In this document: positions 12,401 to 23,600 of the stretch, in pieces
Numbering within the stretch: the first letter of the stretch is position 1
How the letters are laid out: each line of letters opens with the position of its first letter
Origin: a virus
DNA length: 64,000 nt
Virus record (IMG/VR): IMGVR_UViG_3300027586_000003
Span: 32,001-96,000 of that record
Direction: 5' to 3' (one strand)
Translations under genes and position numbers: made by a program
The notes under the pieces: model-generated
What the model was told of the DNA's origin: nothing
Databases searched by the model: none
Seen by the model: the letters and a program-made list of their open reading frames with translations, nothing else

Positions 12401-13480
12401 AACCCCCGCATTAAGGCTCCCGATTTCGGAAACAAGAATTTCGGATGAAGACGACAGCCCTTCTGGCGTTATAGTTTCTCCACTGTTCCCAATGGTGATT
12501 CCAGATGAAGACCAGAAAAGTTTAGCTACCCCAGTGTTGCCATTGTTTCCGGTGATAATCCCAGACACCGACGAGAAAAGTTTCGGCACTCCAATTACGC
12601 CACTGTTTCCGATGATAATTCCAGATGCCGATGAAATGATTTGCGGCAATCTAATTAAACCACTGTTTCCGATGGTGATTCCAGATGAAGACGATATAAG
12701 TTTAGGTTCATCAGTGTTTCCTTTGTTTTCAATGGAAATTCCAGACGTTGCCTCCACGCTCAACCCCGCATTTAGGCCACCACCGTTTCCGATGCTAATT
12801 CCAGACACCCCTTGAAAGGGTTGCCCAACATTCAGCACACCACCGTTTCCGATGATAAATCCTAACGCCGACGAGAGGGGTTGCGGCGTTACAATTACGC
12901 CACTGTTTCCGATGATAATTCCAGATGCCGATGAAATGATTTGCGGCAATCCAATTACACCAATGTTTCCGATGATAATCCCAGATGCCGATGAAATGAT
13001 TTGCGGCAATCCAATTACACCAATGTTTCCGATGGTGATTCCAGATGAAGACGATATAAGTTTAGGTTCATCCGTGTTTCCGTTGTTTTCAATGGAAATT
13101 CCAGACGTAGACGATAAGAATTTCGCCAACCCAAGAGCACTATTGTTTCCGATGGTAATTCCAGACACCACTTCAAAGACTTGTCCAACATTCAGCACGC
13201 CACTGTTTCCGATGATAATTCCAGATGCCGATGAAATGATTTGCGGCAATCTAATTAAACCACTGTTTCCGAAGGTGATTCCAGATGCCGAAGCAAGATG
13301 CTCCGAAGCGTTAAGGTTTGGAGCCGATGGAATCGTTATTGAAGACGCCGCTCTGAACTCAGCTACAAAGCTTAGTGCTATGGCGGACGCTATACCGCTG
13401 GCAATAGCAATAGAAGACACTGCGGACAGTGTAGCCGCTTTGGCAATCCCACGCCCGAAGATGAATGTGTTTAATGCCAC
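3425..13480 (-). CDS. Giant 3351-aa protein with about 8 tandem seven-bladed BNR/Asp-box beta-propellers (putative adhesin/receptor-binding protein)
   Basis: About 40-aa blades WxSIASSxDG..LAA....G.IYTS.(D/N)YG.TW grouped in sevens, separated by Ser/Ile/Gly-rich spacers; N-terminal SSASGIIIGNSG repeats. Confidence 0.8.
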   Translation of the reverse strand: MALNTFIFGRGIAKAATLSAVSSIAIASGIASAIALSFVAEFRAASSITIPSAPNLNASEHLASASGITFGNSGLIRLPQIISSASGIIIGNSGVLNVGQVFEVVSGITIGNNSALGLAKFLSSTSGISIENNGNTDEPKLISSSSGITIGNIGVIGLPQIISSASGIIIGNIGVIGLPQIISSASGIIIGNSGVIVTPQPLSSALGFIIGNGGVLNVGQPFQGVSGISIGNGGGLNAGLSVEATSGISIENKGNTDEPKLISSSSGITIGNSGLIRLPQIISSASGIIIGNSGVIGVPKLFSSVSGIITGNNGNTGVAKLFWSSSGITIGNSGETITPEGLSSSSEILVSEIGSLNAGVGMEVASETAIGNGGVLNVGQVFEGASGRNVLAVATNNNSGLFKSWKARLTPLDRPDWPHSWWSIASSADGARLAAVDKNARIYTSTNYGSGWTAQASSYRNWSGIASSSTGQSLVATVDNGFIYISHDYGISWINVQTDVSRAWSSVASSSNLQYLVATARGGQIYTSINFGQSWAAKESSRNWIAVASSSTGQYLAAVVENGQIWTSTNYGDTWFPREPNRNWRSIASSSTGQYLAAVVEGSQIYTSSNYGATWFPRENNRNWRSIASSSTGQYLAAVVLNGQIWTSTNAGETWVADESDRSWTSIAMSSDGVKLAATVYGEKIYTTGSDPLVPSQLSSASGIIIGNIGVIRLPQIISSASGIIIGNSGVIGVPKLFSSVSGITFGNSGVIGVPQLFSAVSGITIGNSGETITPKGLSFSSEILVSEIGSLNAGVGMGVASRASIGNGGVLVAGAKLTGLSFIWFLPTQVSLLDGAGKVWSARSYGGTGLTCIASSHTGKNLAAGTWGGTIWASANSGEGWNQYLPNQYWRGIASSADGKKLVAGAWGGQIYTSTNAGATWTARDSNRNWEPFASSWDGTNLVAAGYLERIYTSNDSGVTWTAREIARQWNSITSSWNGQNIAATARGGQIYTSTDYGVTWTARDSNRLWKSITSSWDGSKLAAVVHTAWGDAYIYTSADYGATWTARMTDANRNWSNIASSKDWKRLAATIDGGQIYISNDEGLTWRGFGDIKAWRNIASSAEANGLLVALSDGNVFTSGNPITPSQLETNSRIELRANFNLSSGSNISSASIIALGVNFNLYAASNFKSASIILLGSTVELILLWSERDSSRSWLSIASSSTGQYKVAGVYEGYIYTSNDFGRGWTPRMTGSNGYWLVASSVSGQKLAAVDSGLKYGLLVIFPGKIITSINYGATWTERVLPFHGSNSNENWSGIASSDDGEKLAAVVWYGGVFTSTDSGVTWKQSVFWHPQTGNAAFYWSSIASSSTGQYLAATDRNGQIYTSSTYGATWLQRENNRNWRSIASSSTGQYLAAVVEGGQIYTSSNYGATWFPRENNRNWRSIASSPSGGKLLATVYGGRIYASGDFGVTWAAEESDRNWTSIAMSSDGVKLSGTVNAGKIYTTGDGGRMVSDFESVSGVSIRAIAPLASQLFLNSVSSFSFGEIAVLGTGVGVEWTGQQSGNKNWTSIACSGDGRTMTAVAYGDSIYQSNDYGVTWTMQVSSKFQLAALNWTDIAITYEGNLSLAAAGNQLYRGGNQEWSPIGKVIVDNRYEILLTGNWSQVAVSHNGLHMAAAQSPGKIYISENSGLYWKEVGESNYWASIASSGGGQFLAAVAEYIYTSNDYGKTWKISLFAYLHYSSIASSFDGASLVAATRDGHIFVSNDYGLSWETRFYDVNHAFSGVTSSGDGKKMAAVSGSPFSNVGQKSILTSNDYGLTWTVRESNSRWTSVAYSTEGNVLAATSHIAGAIYTSGYPVYRRASLFTQSSISFGATGSFISGVGMEWAIRAEDRNRNWSSVASSADGRKLAATVNGGASGGVYTSKNYGDTWQLSYGNGENWTSVASSSDGQRLVAGTMGAIYTSINGGLNWVQLGFLQASEYSYNSGTEIVRQQYIKTVVSSSSGQYLAAVTIGYYHPVWLTSGSIWTSNNYGVTWVRQLTEKIYNIALSYDLSIQRQFSSQIYTSYLDYTSIASSSDGKNLAATSSSIGQGGILTSTDYGLTWVRRTYGAKFRSIASSSTGQVLAAVASNEYGSGGIFISINYGIDWRSMMSGDWSAIASSSDGQRLVALARNGEIYISNDYAETWAAKPSGNRNWEAVASSADGLAVVAVVYDGQIYTANSWKNQLQAESRIDQFYQYSHARLTTRDIFATASMFSLRATSNLTFRSGLNTALSSSLVELRATANLTARAKLATAASIVFQETAILTPRTRLVSTSSSIECVLQADLSHGGGVVWTPRINASTSYVASDETGKYLATAGPNTFIYTSSDYGETWAARASGIRNWNSIASSADGKNLAAVNYAGFIYTSINYGATWVERQIGGNWKSITSSEDGKMLAAVGSDSYIYTSTDSGEYWTARAYTRNWRSIASSADGTKLVAVVYDGAIWTSTDSGVTWFQRTTLRYNWISVASSADGRKLAVVVQLGQIYTSTDSGQYWTARESNRDWRSIYSSADGRRLAAVSVNSQIYISNDYGVTWVARETVRRWSSIAMSADGTNLAAVVENGQIYTSGGPAPTRPYISTNSRIELRANFNLSAGSNISPASIVALGVDFNLSSFAKLSAGTGLDWIERNVYKNQTTEERLWTGIALSEDGRSLAATASISGQVYTSNEAGIAWTARVQSFQYSEGASLIIASSSTGQYLVMANMYGYIHTSTDFGFTWTRRVDGIARNWKSILSSDKGDRLVAVGNGHIWTSTNYGATWVEHTASATPQGYLQCVASSSDGQVLAAGSHNGTIYISNNYGETWIDSMPTANKDWRSIVMSEGGKNLAAVAYNDRIYTSTNYGVTWLPRETVRRWSSIAMSPDGARLAAGVDYGYIYTSTNYGATWVARMTDALRFWVSIASTPNWKSLAAVAYGDRIYTSGGPAPTRWELSANSRIELRATASKLNSQFLLNSVSSISFVAIPVLSVGVCVEWAGPFFQSQIWSSITSSADGSQFAATSWNGYIWTLKGSSLVQRMADAPRNWSCIATSWGGTRLVAAHYGGVGEPAGFGGNIWYSSDSGATWNQAWIQRVDEARTGIIELRNRNWTGIASSADGRLVVAVHHPGLIYISKDYGANFYPRIYSGGNASTAYLLMNWKAVASSSSGQYLAAFTNSMLLMHSAVWTSNNAGETWTPSGLINGVSGASSIVMSSDGKYLAITTVVGSGVLDGYIYTSNNYGVTWVARMTDARRNWKSITMSADGKRLAAVVGNITNSFGIQESSNGLIYTSTDYGATWKARDSNRNWRSIAMSADGMKIAACTSALGVNVEHNFNQAINYTGQIHTSG

Positions 13481-13486
13481 AACAGC

Positions 13487-15469
<1,983 letters not shown>

Positions 15470-15471
15470 AG

Positions 15472-15870
15472 TTATTTTTGCTTGGCGTCCGAATCGCTGT
15501 CGTCAATGAGCCAGAACAGCGGCAGTAGGAGCGCGGGTTTAACCAGACTGTCGAACTCAACAATCTTCACTGACTTGACCGAAGGCGGAAGCGAAACCTC
15601 CTCGTCAAGTAGAGTCTTGAAAGCTGCTGCAAACTCCGCTTCCTTGCCTCCAAACTGGACGTTGTTTCCAACCACTGCCAACTTGCCGTCCGTGTCTTTT
15701 TCTCCGAACTGGTCGAGCAGTTTTTTGCGGGCCTCGTCGAAGTCAGTAACTTCACCGCTTACAAACTTGATGGCCTTCGCTATCCTGAACGCAACTACGG
15801 GTCGTTGCGGCATTCCAGCAAGTTCGTTAAGGGCTGCGGTGGATTCTACGATGTCTTTGAGTGTTGTCAT
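15472..15870 (-). CDS. DUF1617-like protein (possible fibre chaperone)
   Basis: [11 protein letters not shown]...[17 protein letters not shown] pattern; ATG 15870 preferred over TTG 15879. Confidence 0.55.
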   Translation of the reverse strand: MTTLKDIVESTAALNELAGMPQRPVVAFRIAKAIKFVSGEVTDFDEARKKLLDQFGEKDTDGKLAVVGNNVQFGGKEAEFAAAFKTLLDEEVSLPPSVKSVKIVEFDSLVKPALLLPLFWLIDDSDSDAKQK

Positions 15871-15914
15871 TCTTGGCAATGGTGTGCTGCTTTTGGTAAG
15901 GAAAACAACTTATT

Positions 15915-16232
15915 TCAACCAATCTGCGACTTGATGACTGAAATTAGTGCCTTGCGGTCAGCGTAGGACATGGTTTTGGACGCCGTGGACAGCGACATAA
16001 CCGAGCGGTCAAATGCCTGCCGAGCATAGCTGGCAACCGCCTGCTGCACCATTGCGAGCAGATAGCTCTCCGGGGTCACTGCCGGGAGCGGTTCGGACGG
16101 AGGAACTTCGTGGGCGGCACGGAAAGCAACAGCCGAGTCAATAGCGGCCTGTGCGTCAGCGACCACGCCGAGTAGCGCGTCGTGTTCCTCGTCGTTGGTT
16201 TGAATGTCCGAGATAATGATTTCTAGTTTCAT
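15915..16232 (-). CDS. Hypothetical protein (tail cluster)
   Basis: 105-aa ORF, co-oriented, tightly packed. Confidence 0.6.
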   Translation of the reverse strand: MKLEIIISDIQTNDEEHDALLGVVADAQAAIDSAVAFRAAHEVPPSEPLPAVTPESYLLAMVQQAVASYARQAFDRSVMSLSTASKTMSYADRKALISVIKSQIG

Positions 16233-16252
16233 GGTGTTATGTTATCAACAAG

Positions 16253-16597
16253 TTACAGGTTTTGTTTCCGCAAAGTGAGGCCGAGGCTTGCCAACGAGCT
16301 TTCCATGAACTCGTATTCTGGCAGCCCCTCGCTCTCCATAATTACAAGATTCGGAAAGTAGTTCTCAAAATCCTTCAACCACACAAAGGCAGCGTCCGAT
16401 ACGTTATGGAAGTGTCGCGTGTAGTAGGCAGGAACCAACTGCTCAGAGTCGCCTACGGAGAACGCTGGTGCGGTTAGGAAGTCCTCATCATCAAAGACTA
16501 GGGGGTTGTTTAGCCATTCGTTCAGGGATGCTCGCTCCCCGGCTGGTATAAAGATTCGGATTTCTCTCACGATGCTGGTTGTGCTGGAGTTGCCCAC
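16253..16597 (-). CDS. Hypothetical protein (tail cluster)
   Basis: 114-aa ORF, co-oriented; start uncertain. Confidence 0.5.
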   Translation of the reverse strand: MGNSSTTSIVREIRIFIPAGERASLNEWLNNPLVFDDEDFLTAPAFSVGDSEQLVPAYYTRHFHNVSDAAFVWLKDFENYFPNLVIMESEGLPEYEFMESSLASLGLTLRKQNL

Positions 16598-17316
16598 TTG
16601 CTGCGAAGATATGTTTCAACCAATTGGCGGTTGGTGGTGCCTAGTGCGGAGTTGTAAATAATAATCTCGCACACGTCTGAGTTTGAACCTTCAGTGCCGT
16701 AGCTGGGGGAGGTCGCTCCTAAGCCGAGACTTGTTATGCTAGTAGCAGCAGACACCGAGCCTCGTTGAAACCCGTCCACGAAGTAGGTCATTACGGAACC
16801 AGTCGCTACCAAGCATCCTTGGTGAACGGAAGCCAGCGGCGTAGCCTGATAGCTTGCGATGTTCGTGCCACCAATGTAGCAGTTATTGCCCGAATTCCTC
16901 GCTGCAAGGTTGATGCAGGTTTCTGAACCGCCACCGTTGTTTATGGTTCTCGCATACGTCACGGAAGTAACGCCTTTCTCCACCAAGAAAATCGTGAAAG
17001 CACCGGAGACCGTGTATCCCGTCGTCATCTTGTGCGTAGTGGCGTCGAACCGAACGACAGGCAAACTGTTAATCAAATTCGCCGAGTTGTAGTAGGTTGG
17101 CCGCGTGGTTGTTACTCCGGTGGCGTGACGCGCTGCCCCGCTCAAATCCGTAAATGTCGTCAAAGCGGCGGCGTTGGCAAGGCCGGTAAGTTGTGAGGCG
17201 TCCATCCACAACTGACATCCAGCAATGGACGTGAGGACGTTGAACAGCGGCGAGGCATACGAATCCACAGGGCCGGGGATTCGGCTGCGTTGCCTACTTT
17301 GTGTCGCAACACTCAT
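16567..17316 (-). CDS. LamG/concanavalin A-like domain virion protein
   Basis: LWMDAS...DLSGAARHA...P.Y...IN.LPVVRFD...EIIIYNSAL....RQLVE.YL..KW. Confidence 0.7.
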   Translation of the reverse strand: MSVATQSRQRSRIPGPVDSYASPLFNVLTSIAGCQLWMDASQLTGLANAAALTTFTDLSGAARHATGVTTTRPTYYNSANLINSLPVVRFDATTHKMTTGYTVSGAFTIFLVEKGVTSVTYARTINNGGGSETCINLAARNSGNNCYIGGTNIASYQATPLASVHQGCLVATGSVMTYFVDGFQRGSVSAATSITSLGLGATSPSYGTEGSNSDVCEIIIYNSALGTTNRQLVETYLRSKWATPAQPAS

Positions 17317-17663
17317 GTCGTGTAATTGTTCACGTTCACAAAAAGGCTAATCACGTTTGTGGTTGAGGCCGCAGCCTTTACAAAAAGCCCGCCATTCAGC
17401 CTAATCCCCGGCACGACGAGATAAAGGCCGCTCTTGAACGCGATTGTAGCCTTAATACACTCTCCGGGGTCAACCACACCGCCCCACCCAATCACTAAAT
17501 CTACATTAACGGTGTGGTTGTTTTGCGCCCAAATCCAGATTTCGTCTATGTTTGCTGCTCCAGCGGTTGCGGTGTGAATGGTCGTGCCGGATGCAATGGC
17601 GGTAGCGACTACCAAAACAGGCTTATTGCTGGTGCCGAAAGTGACGGGGAGGAATGAGGCCAT
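17313..17663 (-). CDS. Small phage structural protein
   Basis: GTTIHTA...DEIWIWA.N pattern seen in fibre clusters; ATGA overlap with the next gene. Confidence 0.6.
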   Translation of the reverse strand: MASFLPVTFGTSNKPVLVVATAIASGTTIHTATAGAANIDEIWIWAQNNHTVNVDLVIGWGGVVDPGECIKATIAFKSGLYLVVPGIRLNGGLFVKAAASTTNVISLFVNVNNYTT

Positions 17664-17667
17664 AAAG

Positions 17668-20600
17668 TTAGTTCATCATTGAGTTGTAGATTGCTTCCAA
17701 ATTGGTCAGGCCGGTAATCCGAGCGACGGGAACGGTTCCGGCGGTCAAAAGTCCCGCACTACTGACAATAAAGCCACCTAAATTTGAGTCGCCGACAACG
17801 TGCAGAGTAGATGTGGGGATTGTGATGCCGATGCCGACTTTGCCGGTGTTAAATATCGCAGCCGGGTTTGTTCCATCCCCGACAACGTAAAGGCGAGCAG
17901 GGATTGTTACTGTCGCTGGAGCATCTGCGCCGATTATTTGGACATTTCCTCTACCGAGATTTAAGCTGGCGGCATCTAAACCAGCAGCAACAACAGCGTT
18001 ATTTGCACTATTTAAGAATTGCCAATAGGGAGAATTAGACACGTTGGCTAATTGCACATTGTGTCCACCAGACTTTTCAAACCTCGCGGGGAATCCGCTT
18101 GAAAAAACGTGGAGCGTATTCGCAGGACTCGTCGTCCCGATGCCGACTTTGCCCGTCCCGGCAGGGGCAATTATCACGTCAATGTTCGCCGCCCCCGTTC
18201 CCGCAGTCTCCGCTGCCAGAGTGAATGAGTTAGCTGTTTGATTTATGGAGAATCGCTGGTAGTTGCTCGCGTTAGTGTAGGCGTAGTAACTGCGAATAAC
18301 ACCCGTGTTTTCAATCGTGAAAACCTTTCTGCCGCTGCCTCCTGACGTGGTGAAGTCGAAGTTTTGGTATGCAACTAGATTAAGTGCTGCTGGCCCCGTC
18401 ATGCTGCATCCTGTGCCAGCCCAGTAAAATGTTTTTGCTGCCCCCATCGCAACGTCAATCAGGAACGTCGCGCTCGTATTGTCCGTCGTAAGCACATTGG
18501 TTCCGGTCTGCGGGGAGTAGAATATGAAGCCTGTGTATGGGGCCGATAGCACCATGTAGTTGCTGTATTCCTCAATCGTTCCGCCACCAGAAAACTTCAA
18601 GCCGTAGTTGTCACCTGTCGCAACAGTTAGTGCCTTGCTTGCGGCCATCGCCACCGCATTGGCGAAGGTGAAACTAGGCGCACTCCCCGCCGCCGTGAAC
18701 GTAGTAAGCCCCACACTGGAAACCGTCGTGTCCATGTAAGTCGTTGCGCTGCCGTTCGCATCGTTGTAGGTCAGGCGCAGAGCCGATGACGGGCCGAGGT
18801 TGATTTCACAAACCTTGTCGGGAGCGGTGGTGCCGATGCCGACGTTGCCGGAGGAAGTGATTCGCATCTTTTCCGTAACCGTTGCCAGCACGCTCTGTCC
18901 TGCGGTCGTGCTTTGTGTTCCAAAGACTAAAGCTCCGAGACTGTTCATGTATGTGGAGTTCTCCTTAACCCCTCCAATGCTGGCGAATGTGGTGTCCACA
19001 GCACCTTGACCAGCAGTGCTACCTCCAAAAACAATTGTGCCGCCGTTGCCTGCCGCATAAACTCCGTTCGTGGGGTTTTCGCCGACGAACAGATTCCCGA
19101 GCGTTGAACTCTTGGTGCTTCGCGTGTTAATGACACCTTGGACGAGAGTGTCTCCTGTGATGTCCACTGCCCCAACCACCATCAGTCCATAATTCGAGCT
19201 TGCACCTATGGAGGAGAAGTAGCCTGCGACCAAATTGTTGTTTGCTCCTCCTGTCAGGACGCTCCTTATCCCATAAACTGTCCCAGTGTTGTCGGGTGGG
19301 GAGATGGCAATGTGCAGGCTTCCCGCCGAGTTAATCTTCGCCAGCACAGTTCCGCTGCTGTTCTGCACTTCCAGTGCGTTCGCCGTTGCCGAGGCTGCGA
19401 GTTTGATTATTGAACCAATGGTTCCTGCTGCTCCAGCGTTGACCTGCAACTGTGCGCCGGGAGACGCCGTGCCGATGCCGACTTTGCGCGTGCTTCCATC
19501 AAAAAATGCTATCGCGTTTTGTTTACCATCAAAAACAGTCAAGCTTCTGAACCGAGTAGTGCCGCCATTATATCCGGTATAGTTTATGCCACCCGAATTA
19601 CCAGAAGTTGTATCAGCATCTAGCCCATAATCAAAATTTAATTGATTGCGGTTACCTATATATATACCGTATCCTGACTGGTCGGTTACTTTTAATGGAA
19701 TTGGAACAGTGGGGAAACTGCTGGAAATATCCAACTTCGCCCCCGGACTCGTCGTCCCGATGCCGACGTTGCCCGTCGCCGCAGATATTACAAGCCGCCT
19801 TAAAGCTGCCGCCTCATCGTGGATGTAGAATTGGGCGTCGTCAGTTCCGAGCCGGTAATGCTTAGTGCCGCCATTAAAATTCAGTTTCAGATAAGGCCCA
19901 CCGCCGCCTTGCCCGATAGTAAAGATGCCAGACGAAAGGCCATTGGAACCAGAAAATGAGCCATCAGCACCAACCTGAAAGTATGCGTTTCCAACAGAGT
20001 CCTCCACCGCGAATACCGGAGCAACGACTTGGGCGACTGCTGACCTTCGCACCAATAAACCTTTACCATTAAACGAGCCATCTTGAGTTATAAAAACAGA
20101 GGCTTCACTGGCAGCTACTGGTGTGTTAACACTAAGTTTATTTCCCGGACTCGTCGTGCCGATGCCGACGTTTCCTGCATGATACATCTTTGCATTAGCA
20201 TCAACGGAGTAAATGCTGAATGGCAGATTGGTCTGTGTGCCTGCTGTTTGAGAGCCTATGTAGAGGCCATAGGTGTCCGTTATGGTTCCACCGCTACTTA
20301 GGGCACTAATGTGGATTGCACGCCTGTCGGCGGTTGTTCCTCCAACGCTGGTGGAGCGATTTGCGGCGATGTGGAGGCCGGTTTGATTAGTGACTCCGCT
20401 AGATGCTTGGGCCGAAGCATTGACTATTGCTCCTACCAAAGTGGTAACGGCTCCCGCGCCCAAGGCTTGTGCTGCCAAGGAATAGGTTCCGTAACAATTT
20501 TGGAGGGTGCCAGTTCCATAGTGGTAGTTATACATCAACGAGGCATAAACCGCGTTGAGATTTTCACTATTGGTCGCAGGCACAACCGTTTGAATCCACT

Positions 20601-23600
20601 TGCCGTAGTAATTGTGTGAGCCGCCAGTCCCCAGTGTGGCCGCCACTGTCACCATTTCAACAAGACCTGTGCTGGTGCTATTTGTTACTGGGCCTGTGAT
20701 TGTGTAATTCAGCTTTGTGATGGCTGCACGGGTATTTCCCAAAAGGTCAACAAAAGAGGTTGGGATGGCTGACTGTGTAAGCGGGAGGTAATCAGTCGCG
20801 GCAGCCGTAGCTATTGTGCCGAGGCCAAGCGCAGTCCTCGCACCAGAATCAGTGGAGGCATTCGTGCCGCCGTTGGCTATGGGGAGGACACCCGTTACCT
20901 TGGTGGTGAGGTCTATAGAACCGGCCAACTGCGCGTTGGTGATGGTTCCGGTCAGGAGCGTGGTCGGGATTTCCCCTGCGGAGAGAGTGCCCACGGTGGA
21001 GATGTCCGTCCCTACCAGCTTGCTCGCTGCAATGCTCCCTGCGAGGTCGGCATCGAGAATCTCACCCGTAAGCACCAACTTTGAGTAGGCGATGGAACCC
21101 TCCAGCATCGCATTCGTAACCTTCAACGCACCAATGGTGGTCGCGTTTCCAACAGAGGTAACGTCACCAGTAAGGTTGGCGTTAGTAGTGACATTTCCGG
21201 CAGTTAGTCCTGAAGCTGTTCCGGTGAGGTTGGTTGCTGTGCCGCCAGATGGGGTGCCGAGTGCGCCACCGGAAAATAGCAGCGTGCTGCTCGCGTCCGG
21301 CAGGGTGAAAATCTTAGTGCTGGTGATTGGGCCTGTGAATTGAACGAAGTCACTGCCAGCAGCAAGTGCGGTGAGGGCGGCATCTAAAGGCTGTTTTGCA
21401 TCAAGTGCCGACTGCAATCCAGAGGTTTTGGCGATGGACAGCGCAGCATCGGCAATGGCCGTAGCCCCATCGGCGGTGCTGGTCACAACGCCTGAGTGAT
21501 TCGGGTGGACGTAGAGGTTAGCCCCAGTTGCAATGCCGTCTAATTTGGTCATGGCCGCAGCCGTCATGTGGCCCGCTACGGCTGCTGTGGCGGCTGGAAT
21601 GCTGATGGCTGGTGTAGTGCCGCCGGAGGAGACGACGGGGGCGGTGCCAGTAACACCTGTCACCGCGTCGCCGACATAGAGGATATTGCCGTCAGAAACG
21701 GCGGTATCGAATTGAGCCTTCGTGCCGGTGATGCCAACAATCGTTGTCTGGTCGCCTGAGTTTGTTCCAGTCAAGCCGAGGTCAGTCTTCAGCGTAGCCA
21801 GCGTGTTCACTTCAGGCGCACCCGCGTTTGCCGTCTTGCGATAGAAGACGCTCGCCGTCGCTACATCTGCCATCTTCGCCAAGCTCACCGCTGAGTTTGC
21901 AATGGTGGTTGCCACAGCCCCGGCAACGGTCGTTACATCCCCCGTAAGGGCTGGCATCCGTGCCGCAGGCAGCGTTCCAGAAGCGATGTTCGTCGCGTTG
22001 AGGGCGGTGAGGTTCACGCCGCTGAGAGCAGGCAACGTCGCCGGGAAGCGTGCATCTGCCAACGTGCCAGTGACGTGCGTGCCGCTCAGGTTGACAGCAG
22101 CGGCGGTGATGACTTGAGCGGAAATGCTCAGGTAGTTTTCGCCCGCCAGCGTCACGTCGCCCGTGTTTGTGTTAGAGGATGTCCCGCTGAAAGTTCCGCT
22201 CTGTGTTGCAAGCGTGCCGAGGCCAAGGTTGCTTCGTGCCGAGCTTGCGCTTGCCACGTCACTCAAGTTGTTCGCCGACAGCAGTGCGCCAACGAGGTTG
22301 TGTTCAAGTATGAACCAACTCGCGCCCACCGCCGACTGCGTGCCTCCGGCGTTGTCAGTCTGGCAAATGTATGTGTCTCCTATGTCAACGACTATCCCGC
22401 TCGCTCCGCCAATCTTTCCCGCAACTGTAACGTAGTAAGTGTCGCCCACGCTGCCTGCCGGGTAGTATGGATTGGTCGAGCAGTCTGCGCTCCCTTTCAG
22501 TTCCAGCAGTCCCGTCACGGCAAGGCTCACCGCCGCGCCCACGAAGGCCGTCGTAGCGATTTGAGTCGTGTTAGTGCCTCCGATAGCCGTAGGAGCGGTC
22601 GGGGTTCCTGTGAAGGTTCCACCGTTTATAGTCGGTGACGTGAGCGTTAGTCCTGCAACTGTGGCAGCGGTTGCGCCGAGTGAGACTGCGGTTGAGCCAA
22701 TCGTGACTGCGCTGTTGGAAAGTTTTGCGTTGGCAATCGAACCGTCGAGCATTGAGTTGGTGACTTTTCCTGCTCCAATGGCTGTGACGCCTGCGTTCGT
22801 GATGGTCACGTCACCAGAAACGGCTACTGAAGCAGCGACGTTGCTCCCGCTGCCAACTAAAATGTTGGCTGAAGTGAGAGCGGTTCCAACGGGGGTGCGG
22901 GCGTCTGATAGGCGCGAGTCGTTGCCCACGCAAGCCGTAGCTCCACTTGTTCCAAAGCCGGGGAATGTGATAATACCGCTGTAAAGCGAGTTCGCCGAAT
23001 TGTCGCCTGTGTTTGTGCCGGAGGATGTGCCGCTGAAGTTGCCGTTGATGTCCGAGTTGCCGGACACGGTCAGTTCACGGTTGGCGTTTCCGAGGAACAC
23101 CGCCAGCTTTCGATGTCCGGTGAGCGTTTCATCGCTTCCAATTTGAAGGTCGAAGCTGGCTGCACTAGAGCGTATGTCCAAACGCCTTACCCACGTTCTC
23201 AAGGCGGTGACTTCCATCGCCTCAATTGGGGCGTTGTCTGCGGTTCCTGAACTGGAGCCGGGCGCAGCAGAAAAGGCGAGTCCACTGACGCCCGTGCCTG
23301 TCGAGATTCCGCCGGACAAGGTCAGCCAGCCGCCGTGCTTGTTCGTCGCGCCGTTGCTCGCGCCACCGGCCTTCATGGTGAGCGAGTTTCCAGCCGTGTC
23401 GCTGGTGGTGTGGCGATTCATCCCAACTGTTTTTGCAGCGTTGCCGCCGAACGCCAGAGAGGAGCGCAGCCAGATGTCTTGCTCCGTCGTGCCGTCTTGC
23501 CCGTAGGCGGTCAACCAGCCCGCCTGCCAGTTCAACTCGTAGTCAATGGAGCAACGAAGCGAAATTCCCTTGTTGGCCCCGATTCCGAGGTCTGTAGTTC

